DNA from: Octopus bimaculoides
Lineage: Eukaryota
NCBI RefSeq assembly: GCF_001194135.2
Contig: NC_068986.1
Span: 51,588,753-51,652,752 of the forward strand
Reading direction: 5' to 3'
Length of the DNA: 64,000 nucleotides
This document shows positions 51,367 through 64,000 of this stretch, in pieces. Positions within the stretch are counted from its first letter, which is position 1. Each line of letters starts with the position of its first letter. The notes under the pieces were generated by a model that saw nothing but the letters and a program-made list of their open reading frames with translations, was not told where the DNA came from and did no database searches. A program made the translations under genes and the position numbers.

Positions 51367-52164
51367 CACACACATATTATATCTATATATATATAATTAC
51401 ATACATGTATGTGTGGGAGTTGCAGAACTGTTAAGGCTATATAAAGGACAGCCGTTATTAAATCTTCAGAGGAAGTCCTCTAACAAAAGAATGTATGTAA
51501 TATAGAGATTAGGGAATAAATGACAAAGTAATGGACAGAAAGCTTAACATTAATGGAAATTTATTGCTCTCTGGAGAGCGACGTATTTGAAACAATATAA
51601 TACTCTCTTACATCAGTAAACATACTAAACATAAGGAAACTCAGAGAGAAAGGAAATAACACATATTAAGAGTAAAAAGGCAAACAGTTTTAAATGTGCA
51701 AAACAACATAAAATTGCATGATTTTGCAGCATTTAACAGAATTAGAAGATTAAGTATTGTGATAATAAGATAAAAGCAAAAATTCAAAGAACTCAATAGC
51801 CACCATTAAGTAAATCTAATTCTTATACAGCCATCACATTTGTATGCTTACATAAGTTGGCAGGATTTGTAATACAGCATAATTTTATGTGGTTATTTCT
51901 TTAATGCACTGAATGACCTTCAGCATTAGCTGCATGCAGAGAGTAACCAATGAGCAACTCTTATACTAACCTCCCCACTAAATGACTAATGACATAGCAG
52001 GAAGTCAGCTGCAGCTTGTTGGGCACTGTCTGAATTACCAAGGGGTAATCAATCATCTGCCAAAATTGTCATTTCAGAACCAACCCACTACTACAATGAA
52101 TTGTGAGCATCTTTCCAAAACCATGATCAAGATTGACAGAGACAAGTATCTTTTATTATTATCT

Positions 52165-52350
52165 TGTCAAGGTAGCAAGCTGGCAGAATCATTAGCACAT
52201 TGGGCAAAATGTTTAGTAGCATTTTCTTTGTCTGCACATTCTGAGTTCAAATTCATATGAGGTTGACTTTGCCTTTCATCCTTTCAGGGCTGATAAAATA
52301 AATACCAGTTGAGCACTGGAGTCAATGTAATTGTACCAAAATTTGAAGCC
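52165..52350 (+). mobile_element. Meta-like tRNA SINE
   Basis: GGTAGCAAGCTGGCAGAATCATTAGC...GAGTTCAAATTC...GGTTGACTTTGCCTTTCATCCTTTCAGGG. Confidence 0.78.
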
Positions 52351-52479
52351 ATTATCACCTTCACTCAAGCTTTGTGAATGAATGCATGTTTTGGTCAAAC
52401 TGTCCAACACATGCCAGCATGGACAATGGATATATGATGATGATGATGATGATTTTATATATATATATATATATATATA

Positions 52480-53190
52480 TTGGATCATCTCATAAATAAT
52501 GTGGTCTTTTATACTTTTATTTTTCAAAATTAAGATAAACAAAGTTTATACTCTTGTTCATTTTCTACAATGCTCTTCCATCTATCTGGTAGACTTGCAA
52601 GGCCCCTCTTCCAAAATTCACTTGTCTGTGATGAAAAATACTCCTCCAGTACTGTTTGACCTCATCTACAGAATTCATATTTTTTTCCATCCAAATGATT
52701 TTGAAGACTGCAGAATAAATGATAATCAGATGGGGCATTATCTGGCAAATATGCTGGGTAGGGCATCATTTCCCATTCAAACTGCTCCAGCCTTTCAAAT
52801 GTCATCCTTGCTGTATGTGGCCAAGCATTATCCTGATGGAAGAACAACTTTTGTCTTAAAAACAGAGATGGTCGTTTTTCTTCTAGCACTGACTTCAAGC
52901 TGCTTGCAGCAGATCTCCTTTGTTATCATTTTGTTTGGGTTTAAAAGTTCAAAGTGGACTAAACCTTTCATATCCCACCAAACAGATAACAACATCTTAT
53001 GTGGTGAAGACCTTCTTTAGCTTGGGGTGCCAGTGTTTCCCCTTTCCCTACCCACTGTCTTCAGCGCTTGACATTTTTATAGAGAACACATTTCTCATCA
53101 CCAGTCACTATATGGTCCAAAAAAGGTTCATGCATGAGATGTAACAGCAAAGAAGAGCACACATCCACTCTTTGTGCATGATTAGACTTA
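52480..53190 (-). mobile_element. mariner DD34D remnant (catalytic core plus one TIR)
   Basis: IVTGDEKC, WWDMKG and HQDNA-(34 aa)-APSDYHLF. The TIR TTGGATCATCTCATAAATAAT matches 13175. The N-terminal half is missing. Confidence 0.93.
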
Positions 53191-53934
53191 CACACATACA
53201 CTTGCAGATATATATATAAAGTTTGCAGAAGAAAATTGTCATTAATACTAGCTTTAAAACAAGGTTTTAAACATTAAAATTGTTTTAATATGAATTTTTT
53301 TTCTTAATATGATAATTTTTCTAATTATTAAACTCATCTTTATAGAGAAAAACTGTTTCTAACATTAACACATCTGCTGTTTCAATCTGTTTGATCTCTG
53401 TTCCTCATCAGGTGTTTTAGCCCTGGCTCTTGTATATGGTACCAGACAAAATTTGAACTAATGAACTATTTCCAATGTTTTTATCAATGAGATCACTGAT
53501 GCATGTACAAAAAAATGGGTTTAAGACAGCAATAAATGAATAACAGGTAGTAGTTTCAAGATGGTGCAAATATTGTCATTTATGATGCAGAGAAACATGA
53601 AGTACATAACAGATAAGTAAAATTAACAAAAATAAATAAGAGAACAGTAAGAATAGCAAGCTTTATACTTCAAGCCAATGATAAAAGTAGAAATGACAGT
53701 AACTATACTCCTATTGTATCTTACCAACTGGACTATGTTGTCTGTGATATATAATATGCAACACAAAAAGAAAGATGAGCCAATTAAGACTGGATCATCT
53801 TTGATCATATTTCAGCTGAATCAGGTCTGATATGGGTTTAAACAACTACAATCTTAGTGCAAAGATTGACTTGCAGCTTTCTCCTACATATTGCACAGAC
53901 TACCCAACTGTCTTAAAATCTAACAAGGCAATGG

Positions 53935-54160
53935 ACAATTCTTTTCTACTCTAGGCACAAAGCCCAAAATTTTGGGGGAGGGGGCCCAGTCGATTATATC
54001 AACCCCAGTACACAACTGGTACTTAATTTATCGACCCCCCAAAAAATGAAAGGCAAAGTCAACCTCAGCGGAATTTGAACTCAGAACGTAAAGACAGATG
54101 AAATACTGCTAAGCATTTTGCCCAGCGTGCTAACGTTTCTGTCACCTCGCTGCCTTAAGG
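53935..54160 (-). mobile_element. Meta-like tRNA SINE, near full length and young
   Basis: TGAAAGGCAAAGTCAACCTCAGCGGAATTTGAACTCAGAACG...CCCAGCGTGCTAACG. Confidence 0.82.
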
Positions 54161-54400
54161 CAATGGACAATTAACAAGAATGTGTGAAGAACAAAACTGA
54201 AATAAGATGATCTTCATAAAATAAATGCAGGATGAGTTTATCTTATCTGTGTTCAATAAAGAAACTAAAATCCAATCTCACATAAATTTATCTATCTTTT
54301 ATTTTATTTAATTTATTTTTATTATTGTTTGGTTCTGGGAGAGCTCTGTGTCCACGGACATCACTAGCCCACTGAAACTAATGAGGTCAATGTTGTAAAT

Positions 54401-54657
54401 CAGTGGTTCTCAACCATTTTTTCCCTATGGACCCCTTCTATTTCTGTTTCACTCGAATGGATCCTCATAGCCATTTGATGTTTAGAAAATCCCAGTATAT
54501 TTTCAGAACGCAATATTATTAGGAATTATATATAAAAAAAAATTTGTTGACATTTTGTGCATTGTAGAAGTATAACCAATTTATTGCACATACATTTTAA
54601 TGACAAAATCTTTTATGCACCCCCAAGGGTCATATGGACCACAACTGAGAATCACTG
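54401..54657. mobile_element. hAT (Charlie-like) MITE with imperfect 8-bp TSD
   Basis: CAGTGGTTCTCAA ... CTGAGAATCACTG TIRs; flanks TTGTAAAT / TTGTGAAC (6/8 identical). Confidence 0.8.
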
Positions 54658-56777
54658 TTGTGAACGTTTCTCCTGAATAGCTGTGAGTTGATAGGAACAG
54701 CAAAAACCAAGCAGAGTGGTTAACATAGAGATAAACCCAGAGCGAGTGGATGCAATGTTGGTGAAAGAGGAGTGACAAGTGAGTTGGGGGAGCCTGAGAT
54801 CAAACAACTCTGAGATACAGAGGCCACTTTAATTAATAGCACCAAAATAAAAGTTCAAGATAGTAATGGTAGCACTATATTCATTTAATAAATAACATTA
54901 TTTCTTTCATAATTTAACCCTTTTAATATCATCCAACATGAAGCCATCGTTGTTTCTATGATACAAATTTCATTCTAAAGTGATCTAAATTTAAACTTCC
55001 CATCAAAATTCCATGTTAATTTATGTTCCAAACACAGCACAGAAATGACAAAATTATTTTATCAAATTCTTTGTTACTTTTAAAAATAAACTGAAACAAA
55101 GTTGATGTTTTACTTGAATTTCGATGTTAAAATTTTGAAAAGAAAACACACAGCTTACATATCAACAGATATGAGATTTGACAAAGATTTCAACAACAAC
55201 AATCAGATAGAATTGCAAAGTTCACATTTTGCGAACCTCTCATTCAATAACATCAATCCATTTGCTAAGTACATTATTGATTGAGAAGTTTGAAATGAAT
55301 AATATTTAACAACATATCAAAGCAAAACTACCAAAGTTCTACTAAGACAATAACAATATAATAATAGAATAGATTCCTTTTGTCGAGATACGCATACTCA
55401 CTATGTCAACACCAGCATTTAACATCATGATAAAACTTCACTTGCCTAACTTTCTTGTTTATCCAGCTTACATCTGAAGCCATTAATGGAAAAGGAATTA
55501 ACAACTCACTTTACTTAGTTATTCCTTTCATTGACTTCTCAAAACAAGTAGACTGTCTCTGTGTATTTGATGCTACAGAAAATTGCTTCAGCATTTCATA
55601 TCAGTGCTCCCTAGAGTTCTGGTTATTTTAGATTTGATCAAATAGAGTGATATGATATTTCATAAACCAAATAGATGTGCTTTGTTAATACTCACTTTAG
55701 CTACTAAGATACTGATTATTTTTAGACATGGCATGAAGAAAAAATTGTTTTTCTTTTTCAAGGAGAAAAGAATAATTAACTAAATTGACTTTAATATATT
55801 GCTGACACTCATTTTATTAACCACCAGCAGAATGAAAGGCTAAGTTGTCTCCTGATGGACCTTAACCGAGACAGTGGAAGAGAATAAAAACTAAATGTTG
55901 TAAAGCATTAAACATGGTGTTCCAATATGCTGCTAAACATTTCTACTGACCTCAATCTAGAAAAATTTATTTATTCAATCGCATAAATTTTAAAGACATT
56001 GTAATAATGTTCAGTTTCCATTCATGCAAACTTGGTAAAGGAGCAGAAGTAAACAGTTTGGAATGACTGATAGTGAAAAGAAAATTGATATACACAAGTA
56101 ACATCACTGAAATTTCGACATCATCTTTTCCATGGGGACATGGGTTAACTGGGACATTATGGTTTGTATTATCTTACAAACTCAGCAACAGAAAAAAAAA
56201 AATAGCTAGTGTTGATTGAACCTGTCTCATCATGCCACTGGAACTAGAGAAGTTATCCAATTCAGGAAGTATTAAATAGTCCCCTCAATCTTGCATCAGT
56301 TCTTATCTAGAGTTACAGTCTGCCTAGATGTTGCTTGCAGAGTCCACATCTCGTGCATTCCATTTTAGCATGGTTACCATGGGTGGATTTCTTTCATGTC
56401 ACTAATCACTTCATAACATGTGCTGAGTGTATTTTATCATGCCGTTGCACTAAAAAGCTTATGAGGAGGATTAAAGCCCATTCTATGTTAGTTTTTACTC
56501 AGAGTTACTGGCATCTAAAACAAGCGTTTTTTTTTTTTTTCATATCACTAAACTAAGAGGTTTTGCTGATAATGTCTCCATCACACTAGAAACTTTTTTT
56601 GAGGTAGAAAAAAACATAATAATAACTGAAGAGTAACTAATTGCAGAGTTAATATGTTCAATATGCATGTGAATATCCCTCCACCTCAAACAAAAGTTCC
56701 TAGTATGATGGAGAATTTGTCCATAAAAACCCTATAAGTTTAGTGATGTACATACATACATACTTTTATTAAAGTCA

Positions 56778-56912
56778 GAAAAATCTTCACAAACTGTTAC
56801 TCAGCATTTTACATTACTGTGTGTTGGACAGTTGTGATCATACTTGTATAATCACAACCGTCCAACAAATAGTAATGTGAAACTTTGAGTAACAGTTTGT
56901 AAAGATTTCTTC
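56778..56912. repeat. Imperfect palindrome (~60-bp arms, ~12-nt loop)
   Basis: GAAAAATCTTCACAAACTGTTACTCA...GTTGGACAGTTGTGAT / ATCACAACCGTCCAAC...TGAGTAACAGTTTGTAAAGATTTCTTC. Confidence 0.88.
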
Positions 56913-57040
56913 AGCTTCACTAAAAGCATATTACTCTACCTTCAATATACGAGTACTATTTTTTCCACCTTGTTTTGCATTTATGTGCCTACTTGTATAC
57001 ATACATAATTACATAGTATATATATAATTTTTGATGGCTG

Positions 57041-57110
57041 GCCCGGTAACTGGAGAGATACTGGAGTGGGTTTCTGCCCCGACATCTGAAACTTGGAGTT
57101 TTATCATGGC
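57041..57110 (+). ncRNA. Type-I hammerhead-like motif with long stem II insert (core variant CUGGAGA)
   Basis: GCCC-GGUAA CUGGAGA GAU...AUCU GAAA CU-ugg-AG UU^ UUAUC-au-GGC. Stems I and III pair, but stem II is irregular. Confidence 0.4.
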
Positions 57111-57321
57111 TACCGAATAATTGTCACATATTACATTTACAAATAAATATATATATATATATATATTTATTTCGTTTTGGGATTTGGCTTGCAAGATTCT
57201 TTATCTGAGTTTGTGTGTTGAAGCATATTTTGTTGTGTCTGGGGAGAATCATTCTCTTATAGTGCCTTGTTATTTAACATACTCACTGGTTCAATTTCCA
57301 CTCATTTACTTATTTATTTTG

Positions 57322-57590
57322 TGAGTATGTTAAAAAATAAGGTACTAAAAGCGAATGACTCTCCCCAGACCCAACAATATAGATACATAGTTGGAATTTA
57401 CAAAAAAATAAACAAAAGATGAAGATGGGTGTATAAACAACAGACAGATATATTAGTTTAACGCTTGAGAAGTGAGAAAGTCTTTTACATTTCGAGCCTA
57501 TGCTCTTCAACAGAAAGGAACCCAGAAATAAAAAGAGAGAGAAAATAGAAAAAGTTTCAGTGGCTAGCAATCAATTATGGCGAAATAAAT
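57322..57590 (-). mobile_element. Short hammerhead-bearing element, probably a Penelope pseudo-LTR derivative
   Basis: HHR-like motif at 57482-57517, followed on the minus strand by ~160 bp ending in a box shared, in inverted orientation, with 57233-57288. Confidence 0.55.
57482..57517 (-). ncRNA. Minimal type-I hammerhead ribozyme-like motif (core variant CUGUUGA)
   Basis: CUUU CUGUUGA A GAGC-auag-GCUC GAAA U GUA^ AAAG: perfect 4-bp stem II, 4-bp stem I, GUA triplet. Confidence 0.62.
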
Positions 57591-58521
57591 AAATATATAT
57601 ATATATATAATATAGACCTATGCATTGAGCACAACACACTTCTGAATGATCAAACCCAAGACATAATACTACAAAGTGCTTGATAAACAGTCTACAGTAA
57701 GTTTGAATATTTAGAGTGGGAAGAGGTTCTGTCTATGTAAATTGAACTTATGACTTATTCCATCAGTTAGTTTTAACAAATGATACAAGAGTAATCACTC
57801 TGCAAGAACTGAGACATGAAGATATTGAATCTAGCAAAATGAACAAAAAAAAAATCACTTTGGACATGCTACCCTGTTAAGTTAAAACATATTTTCGAAG
57901 TACTCAGTTGTATGATGAAAAAGCAAAAAATCCTGACATAGTATACAAGGTGTATAATAGATAAAAATGTTATATCTATTTTGTTATCTATCTTCTGAAG
58001 CTTGTTGTGCTATATATAATATATATAGATATATATTACACACATGATCCAGAAGATAGCTAACTAGATAGATATAACATATGCAGATATATATAAAGTC
58101 ATGATGTCAGCGATTTATCAGATCCTGGCAATTAGAAACACAATTGTGATATCAAAATAGTATTTTTATACACACACATACACACACTCACCAAACAAAA
58201 TGTTTATAATTATGCTATTGAATATAATAGTAAAAGCATCCAGTAGATATATTTGATGCTATAATGACTTACATTTTTATCTTCTAAAATGAAATTTTGT
58301 ATGCCATCTTATTATTTCATCTTCTTGACTGTTATTTCCATTAAAACATAGAATTATTTCTTTTAAATACTAGCACAAGTATACAACTTGTTAAAAGAGT
58401 GGATAAATTGACTGAATTTCCCCTAGTAGATGTCTTGGAAAATTCATTTTATCAGCCCCCATAGAAATGAGATATAAAAGTTAGCCCAGGTAGTATTTGA
58501 ACACATCACACAGATGATTAA

Positions 58522-58742
58522 CCCTTTAGCATTCAAATTATTCTGTCAAATGTAATGCTTATTTATTCACATTGTTTTAAATTCATCATGCATTTATCTC
58601 ATAGCTTTGAGATTTCAATAATGTGACAGCATATTTTTTGAATGACATTGTAGCGTAGATGTGAGAGACTGGATCTGGCTAGTTTGAACATAAAATAGAT
58701 AGAACATTCAGGGCAGATATGGCTTGTTTAAATGCTAAAGGG
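58522..58742. mobile_element. piggyBac-type MITE, complete, TTAA TSD
   Basis: TTAA|CCCTTTAGCATT ... AATGCTAAAGGG|TTAA. Confidence 0.9.
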
Positions 58743-60199
58743 TTAAGACAGATGTTGTAGTTATGTTTACGTCACTGTTATCTACAGAGTATTTTTCTGG
58801 CAGTGTAATTCAATTCAGTTTGTGTTACTTGTTAAGGTGGTAGGATTGTAATTCAAGCAAAATTTGGCTGCTATTTCTAGTAAATCCAATTAACCTCTTC
58901 TTCACTGGGTTACATATGGTGTTGATATACAAAGAAATAGATAGCTTTTTCTACTTGTATAAGTATTAACACCACTCCCTGATCCTTGAGTGACTTTCAC
59001 AGAGATCAGAGTTGTAAGCATTCATACTAGTGCCAGATTCTTCTTCCACATGTTTTTTTCTTGTAGTAGTTCAAGCTGGGCATGAATATTACAAATTATC
59101 TCCAATAACTTAGAAATGATTCTAGAGATGAAACATGTTCTAATTTAGACTATTGAATTCATACATATAATGGAAAATGTTTTTTTTGTCTGTTTGTATG
59201 AATGGATGAATGGCAGATTTTAATTTTCAAAACCAAATCTGGAGTCAATCATAAGAGAATTTGATGCTATCAAGAAAGGTAAGAACGGAATTTCATTATG
59301 GCCCCACATCAAACAGTTTCATATGAAATCCTGAATGGGTACCAACTTCTATCTTTTTTACCAAGTAGTTTTATAAACACGCAGGTTTAATTCATTACAA
59401 CAATTATCAAACTGAGACAGTAACTAAATGGAAATGTAAACTTTTCAAAAGATATTTACAAACAATGTGTCTTCGTCTTCATTCACAGAAGTGAAAAGAA
59501 AATGTCTGCAGTCTGATCTAATCTGAAGTGTGAGTGTGTGTGTGCATGTTTTTAGGTATAGATGCATGTGATAGTAGACATATACATGTGTGTACATGTG
59601 CAAATAACTATTTGTGTGTACCTATGTAAAGAACTTGATTGCATGTGGAGTTATGTGTGGAATAGCGTGTGTTGTAGCCAAAACCATTTTTTGTAGGTCA
59701 AATAACAAAAGCTAAAGAAAGGAGCAAATCCAAAAGAAGTTTCCATTTTTAAAAAACATGGTGCTTTTTAAAGAAAACTCTCTAACAGCAAAGAGAGAAA
59801 GTGAATAAATGTTTTTTTTTATTTCTTTCTTTCGAGGGGTGCGGACTGTTTTCTATGATCTCAAATGTTATCAGTTGCTTATTTATAATATATTTAAAGG
59901 TAGATTTTGTACAGTAAACACTGATGTAGGAGTGGTCCATTTTTTTATCTGGGCAAACAGGGATGAATAAAATATGCATCCTCCTAGAGGCACAATACAG
60001 TGCATGAAGAATTATTTAACTTCACATCTTTGTACTCAATAAACCAGCATCACTTCAATTTTTCATTATTTAGCAGTTTGGGAAAAAGGGACCAATAGAA
60101 TAAGTATCAAACTTTAAAAAAGAAAAACAGGTACTGTAAGTTAAAAATCCCATCAAGAATTAACTCAAAGTTGGAAGACTTTGGGGGTATTTGGTTTTT

Positions 60200-60625
60200 T
60201 ACTTGTTTTAGTCATAAGAATCAACCATGTGTGGGCACTTCTTTGGAGGGATTTTAGTTGAACAAATCAACCCCAGCACCTATATTTTCTTTTTAAGACT
60301 GTTAATTATTGTATTTATCTCTTTTACTGAACCACTAAGTTATAGGGATGTAAATGAACCGATACTGGTGGTCAAGTGGCAGTGATGAGGCAAACACTAA
60401 CACACTCACAGACAGACACACACACACACACACACACACTAACACTAACACTCACGCTAACACTCAGCTTTTATGCAGTTTCTGCTCACCAAATTGACTC
60501 ACAAGGCATTGGTTGACTCACAAGGCTATATCAGAAGACACTTGCCCAAGGTGCCATACAATGGGTCTGAACCTGAAACTATGTGGTTACAAAGTGAGGT
60601 TCTTAACCATACAGCCATGCCTGTA
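60200..60625 (-). mobile_element. SINE family A, full length, diverged
   Basis: Tail, (CA)n and head all match other family A copies. Confidence 0.75.
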
Positions 60626-61769
60626 CACATGGTAGTAGAATAGTTGCCCAAATCAACCTTGGAAAACCATGTTTATAATATGGAGAGATGTACCATTTTG
60701 GCATAAAAGAGCAACATCTAACAGTCTAGAACAAATCTATATGGTGAACCCATATTTGGGGCATTTTTCAGATTTTGGTATACACCAATATATTGAGACA
60801 ATAATAGATTCTTAATTTTTTTTTTACAGTAATTATGACAGATCAGAATTTTAGATGAAGGAAAATTGTTAATATGTTGTTTTTGTTTTTACAATTAATA
60901 CCAATATGAGCTAAGTAATTAGTACTGAAAATATAAATAGCAATGCTTATAACAATATTTTACCATGGCAAACTGCTAAATAGCAAAATTCCAATAGTGA
61001 AATCATTGAAAAAAATATAATTAAACTAAGGCAAATGATTAATGAGTAAAACAATTAATAATTGAGATCTGACAGAGTAGTCTGAGTTCATTGTGAGCCA
61101 AATATTGCCACTTGATTAGCATAAAATTCAATGATGTTCAGAGAATATAATTATTATGATAGACAGGTGCTAACTTTGCAAGCAGAATTTTTACTGCTGA
61201 CAAATCTTGTCAGTTAAATAATGGCTTCAAGTGATTTGAAGAGACTGGGGGAACATGATAATTACATATCACATTCATCATTATCATCATCATCATTTAA
61301 CATCCATGTTCCATGCTGGCATGGGTTGGACAAATCTGATGGATTCAAGGACTGCATAACTCTCCACTTTCTACTTTGCCATGGTAACTACAGCCAGATG
61401 CCCTTTCTAATGGCAACCACTGTACAGTGTAGCTAGATGCCTAACCTAATCCCAACAATTTTCAGCTTGTTTTAGGTAATTTTTTTTTTTTGTGTATACC
61501 ATCAGCACTAGTGAGGTCATCATGCAGCTTGCAAGACTACTACAACCCCTAAGAGAGTTTGGTGTTTAAGCCAGAAGATGAGGGGTTAAATTTTGAGAGA
61601 AGGGGCCAAAGCTAAACAAGTTTCTTACTAATACACACACACACACACACACACACTCACATACCACAAGCTTCTTTCAGTTTCAGACTACCAAATCCAT
61701 TTACAAGGCATTGGTCAGCCAGAGACTGTAGAAGATAGTATTTGCTTATGGTTTCACTTGGCTTGACAG

Positions 61770-62160
61770 GTCTAGCCAAAAGAAACCAGAGTCACAGCCG
61801 ATGCTGGTGTCACGTAACAGGCACCTGTGCCAGTGGCACACAAAAAGCACCCTTCAAATGTTGAGCCACACGGAGGTGATAAGTGACAGAGATCTTTGGC
61901 GATATGTCATGATTGAGAAGACTGTCAAACCAAATGAAACTGTAGTTATGGCCAATGCCGATGTCGCATAACTGGCACCCATGACAGTGGAATGTAAAAA
62001 GCACCCATTACACTCTTGGAATGGTTGGCATTAGGAAGGTCATCCAGTCATAGAAACCATGCCAAACCAGATTGGAACCTGGTGTAGCCCTACAGCTTAC
62101 CAGTTCCAGTCAAACCATCTAACCCATGCCAGCATGGAAAGCAGACACTATATGATGATA
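61770..62160 (+). mobile_element. RTE LINE 3' end inserted in a SINE A head
   Basis: ...LSHTEVISDRDLWRYVMIEKT... (RTE ORF2 end), then TTAGGAAGGTCATCCAGTCATAGAAACC...ATGATGAT. SINE A head halves lie on both sides. Confidence 0.75.
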
Positions 62161-63709
62161 ATGTGCCATACACTAAACCTGAAATCATGTGGTTGGGTAT
62201 CTCTAACTTCTTAATCAGACAGCTACACTTGTGCCTATATATATATCACAGATAAGAGACGTGAGGTGAAGTGAGAGAGTAGATGTTTATTCCATTCGTT
62301 TACAGTTGTTTCATAATTTTGTTACTTATATAATAGATGTTACATCAACATAGACATATACATAATAAACATATGTATATATATATATATAAATACATGT
62401 GTGTGTGTAAGTTAGTATACTCAAACATAGAAGGGTGTTGATATGAGAACCAACAAACTAATCCTCGGAATGACTGATGGTAGCTGAAAACAGCAACTAC
62501 TACAGAGAGTAAGCTGACCCCAGATATATCCACAAGGAATAGATGTACTCTGCATTTTGCCATTTGTGATTTACTTTAAGGGGACAATGGCCATAGAACC
62601 TTACAAATTCAGAGGGAAAAGCAATAAATAATCACAGTAAAGTCAAAATACCTTTGCTTCAACTACAGTCATTCTTGTTAGCCATACACTTGGTAGAGAG
62701 CTGTTTGATTCTTTGAATCCCTATTATTACTATATACACACACACACAGACTGAAAGTTGTCCATCACCCTTTCATAAGCCAATGAAGTACATCAACCAT
62801 GGAAAGCATGCATATTAAGCTAACTTTGGTCAGCTTTATCATTGTATAAACTATATAAAGCTAAGTGAGCTCTAGTCACACTCATCAATTATGAAGTCCT
62901 GCTACTTTATCACTCTCACTATTCAACTTGCAATCAATTAGAAAGTCTTAATTACATTCTCCAAGAACACAAACACATTATGATGTCTGTGCCAGCAATG
63001 GTATGAGTGTTCACAGAGCTTAGGGGCAACACCCAATCACATCATTCGTTGTTACTAAGGAGAGCACAAGTTTCACAATTTTAGTGATATAAAAACCAGT
63101 TATAAGTATTCAAACTATTTTTGTGTTTTATTTAAATACTCATGATTTATTGATTTCTCAGATACATTGCTTGATTCATTCATACTTCACAGCTATGAGC
63201 TAAATGTACCAGCAGAATTAAGACGGAGAATCAATAATGCATCCTGTTCTTTATCATGATGAATGAATACCATATGCTGCTGATTGAAATAGTGGCAAAT
63301 CAATTGCATATATTACATTGTTATATACAAATAACATGTGACCAGCTTCTGGTATGGTCGTGTATAGAGACAACAGCAGAGTCACAACATATAACATAAA
63401 ACTGTTAAAACAACAGGATATCACAGAATTATCTCTCTCCTCAAACACACACATGCATAATCATACAAACACACACTTTCTCTCTCTCTCTCTCATAAAA
63501 ACATATGTATATATATATATANNNNNNNNNNGTGTGTGTGTGTGTGTGTGTGTAAAATGTATTCATACATGCATATGTGTGAGTATGTGCATATGCATAA
63601 GTGTGGAATTCTCAGTCACTTGCACTATATAATACAATGAGTAGGCAGTTTATAATACATACATACATACATACATTTATACACACACATACACATATAA
63701 TATACACAC

Positions 63710-64000
63710 ATATTTCTAGTGAGACAGCTGCAGGAGAAATATCTAGCCAAGGATAAACCTCTGTACCTGGCCTTCGTTGACATGGAGAAAGCCTTTGACA
63801 GGGTCCCCCGATCCCTTATCTGGTGGTCAATGAGGAAACTCGGGATAGAAGAATGGTTAGTGAGAGCTGTGCGAGCCATGTACAGAGATGCTGTCAGTAA
63901 GGTGAAGGTTGGAAATGAGTACAGTAATGAATTCCGGGTAGAGGTAGGGGTCCACCAAGGTTCCGTCCTCAGCCGCCTCCTATTTATCATAGTCCTCCAG
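63710..64000 (+). mobile_element. RTE-clade LINE reverse transcriptase, open frame, 5'-truncated, runs off the window end
   Basis: IFLVRQLQEKYLAKDKPLYLAFVDMEKAFDRVPRSLIWWSMRKLG...GVHQGSVLSRLLFIIVLQ: 97 codons without a stop, with the D.EKAFD and GV.QGS RT motifs. Confidence 0.95.

Noticed and set aside
53367-53416. Minus-strand AACAC-CUGAUGA...GAAAC...GUGUU as a hammerhead
   Set aside because: The core and a stem I are present, but stem II does not stack on the core and there is no NUH triplet before stem I. At best a decayed relic.
59216-59285. Plus-strand KPNLESIIREFDAIKK|GTAAGA exon
   Set aside because: There is an in-frame stop upstream with no acceptor between it and the peptide, and it is on the opposite strand to the other splice signals.

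Overview
AT-rich, microsatellite-rich animal genomic DNA from a gapped draft scaffold (7 N-runs). The repeat content (tRNA-derived SINEs with CORE-like and Meta-like domains, RTE LINE tails) looks like a coleoid cephalopod, probably Octopus; this is inferred, not proven. No intact host protein-coding gene is recognisable, and almost every long ORF in the track is an N-gap or microsatellite artefact. The recognisable coding sequence is all transposon-derived: Tc1, two complementary mariner DD34D remnants, a Penelope-like GIY-YIG end, a Chapaev3-like transposase end, a CR1-like LINE end, a Helentron AP-endonuclease end and a young RTE reverse transcriptase. There are also piggyBac-type and hAT-type MITEs and several long palindromes. 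The window looks like the inside of a very long intron, probably of a minus-strand gene. The main leads are: (1) a textbook recursive-splicing site (17-nt pure pyrimidine tract + CAG|GTGAGT) with a 23-nt cryptic RS-exon at 25745-25787; (2) three type-I hammerhead-like motifs that all carry a substitution at core position A6, two of them heading a convergent pair of ~270-bp elements that share a 3' box; (3) an internally deleted Helentron linking the local HINE family to an endonuclease-encoding partner; (4) an unassigned CpG-rich minus-strand exon candidate at ~40.1 kb.
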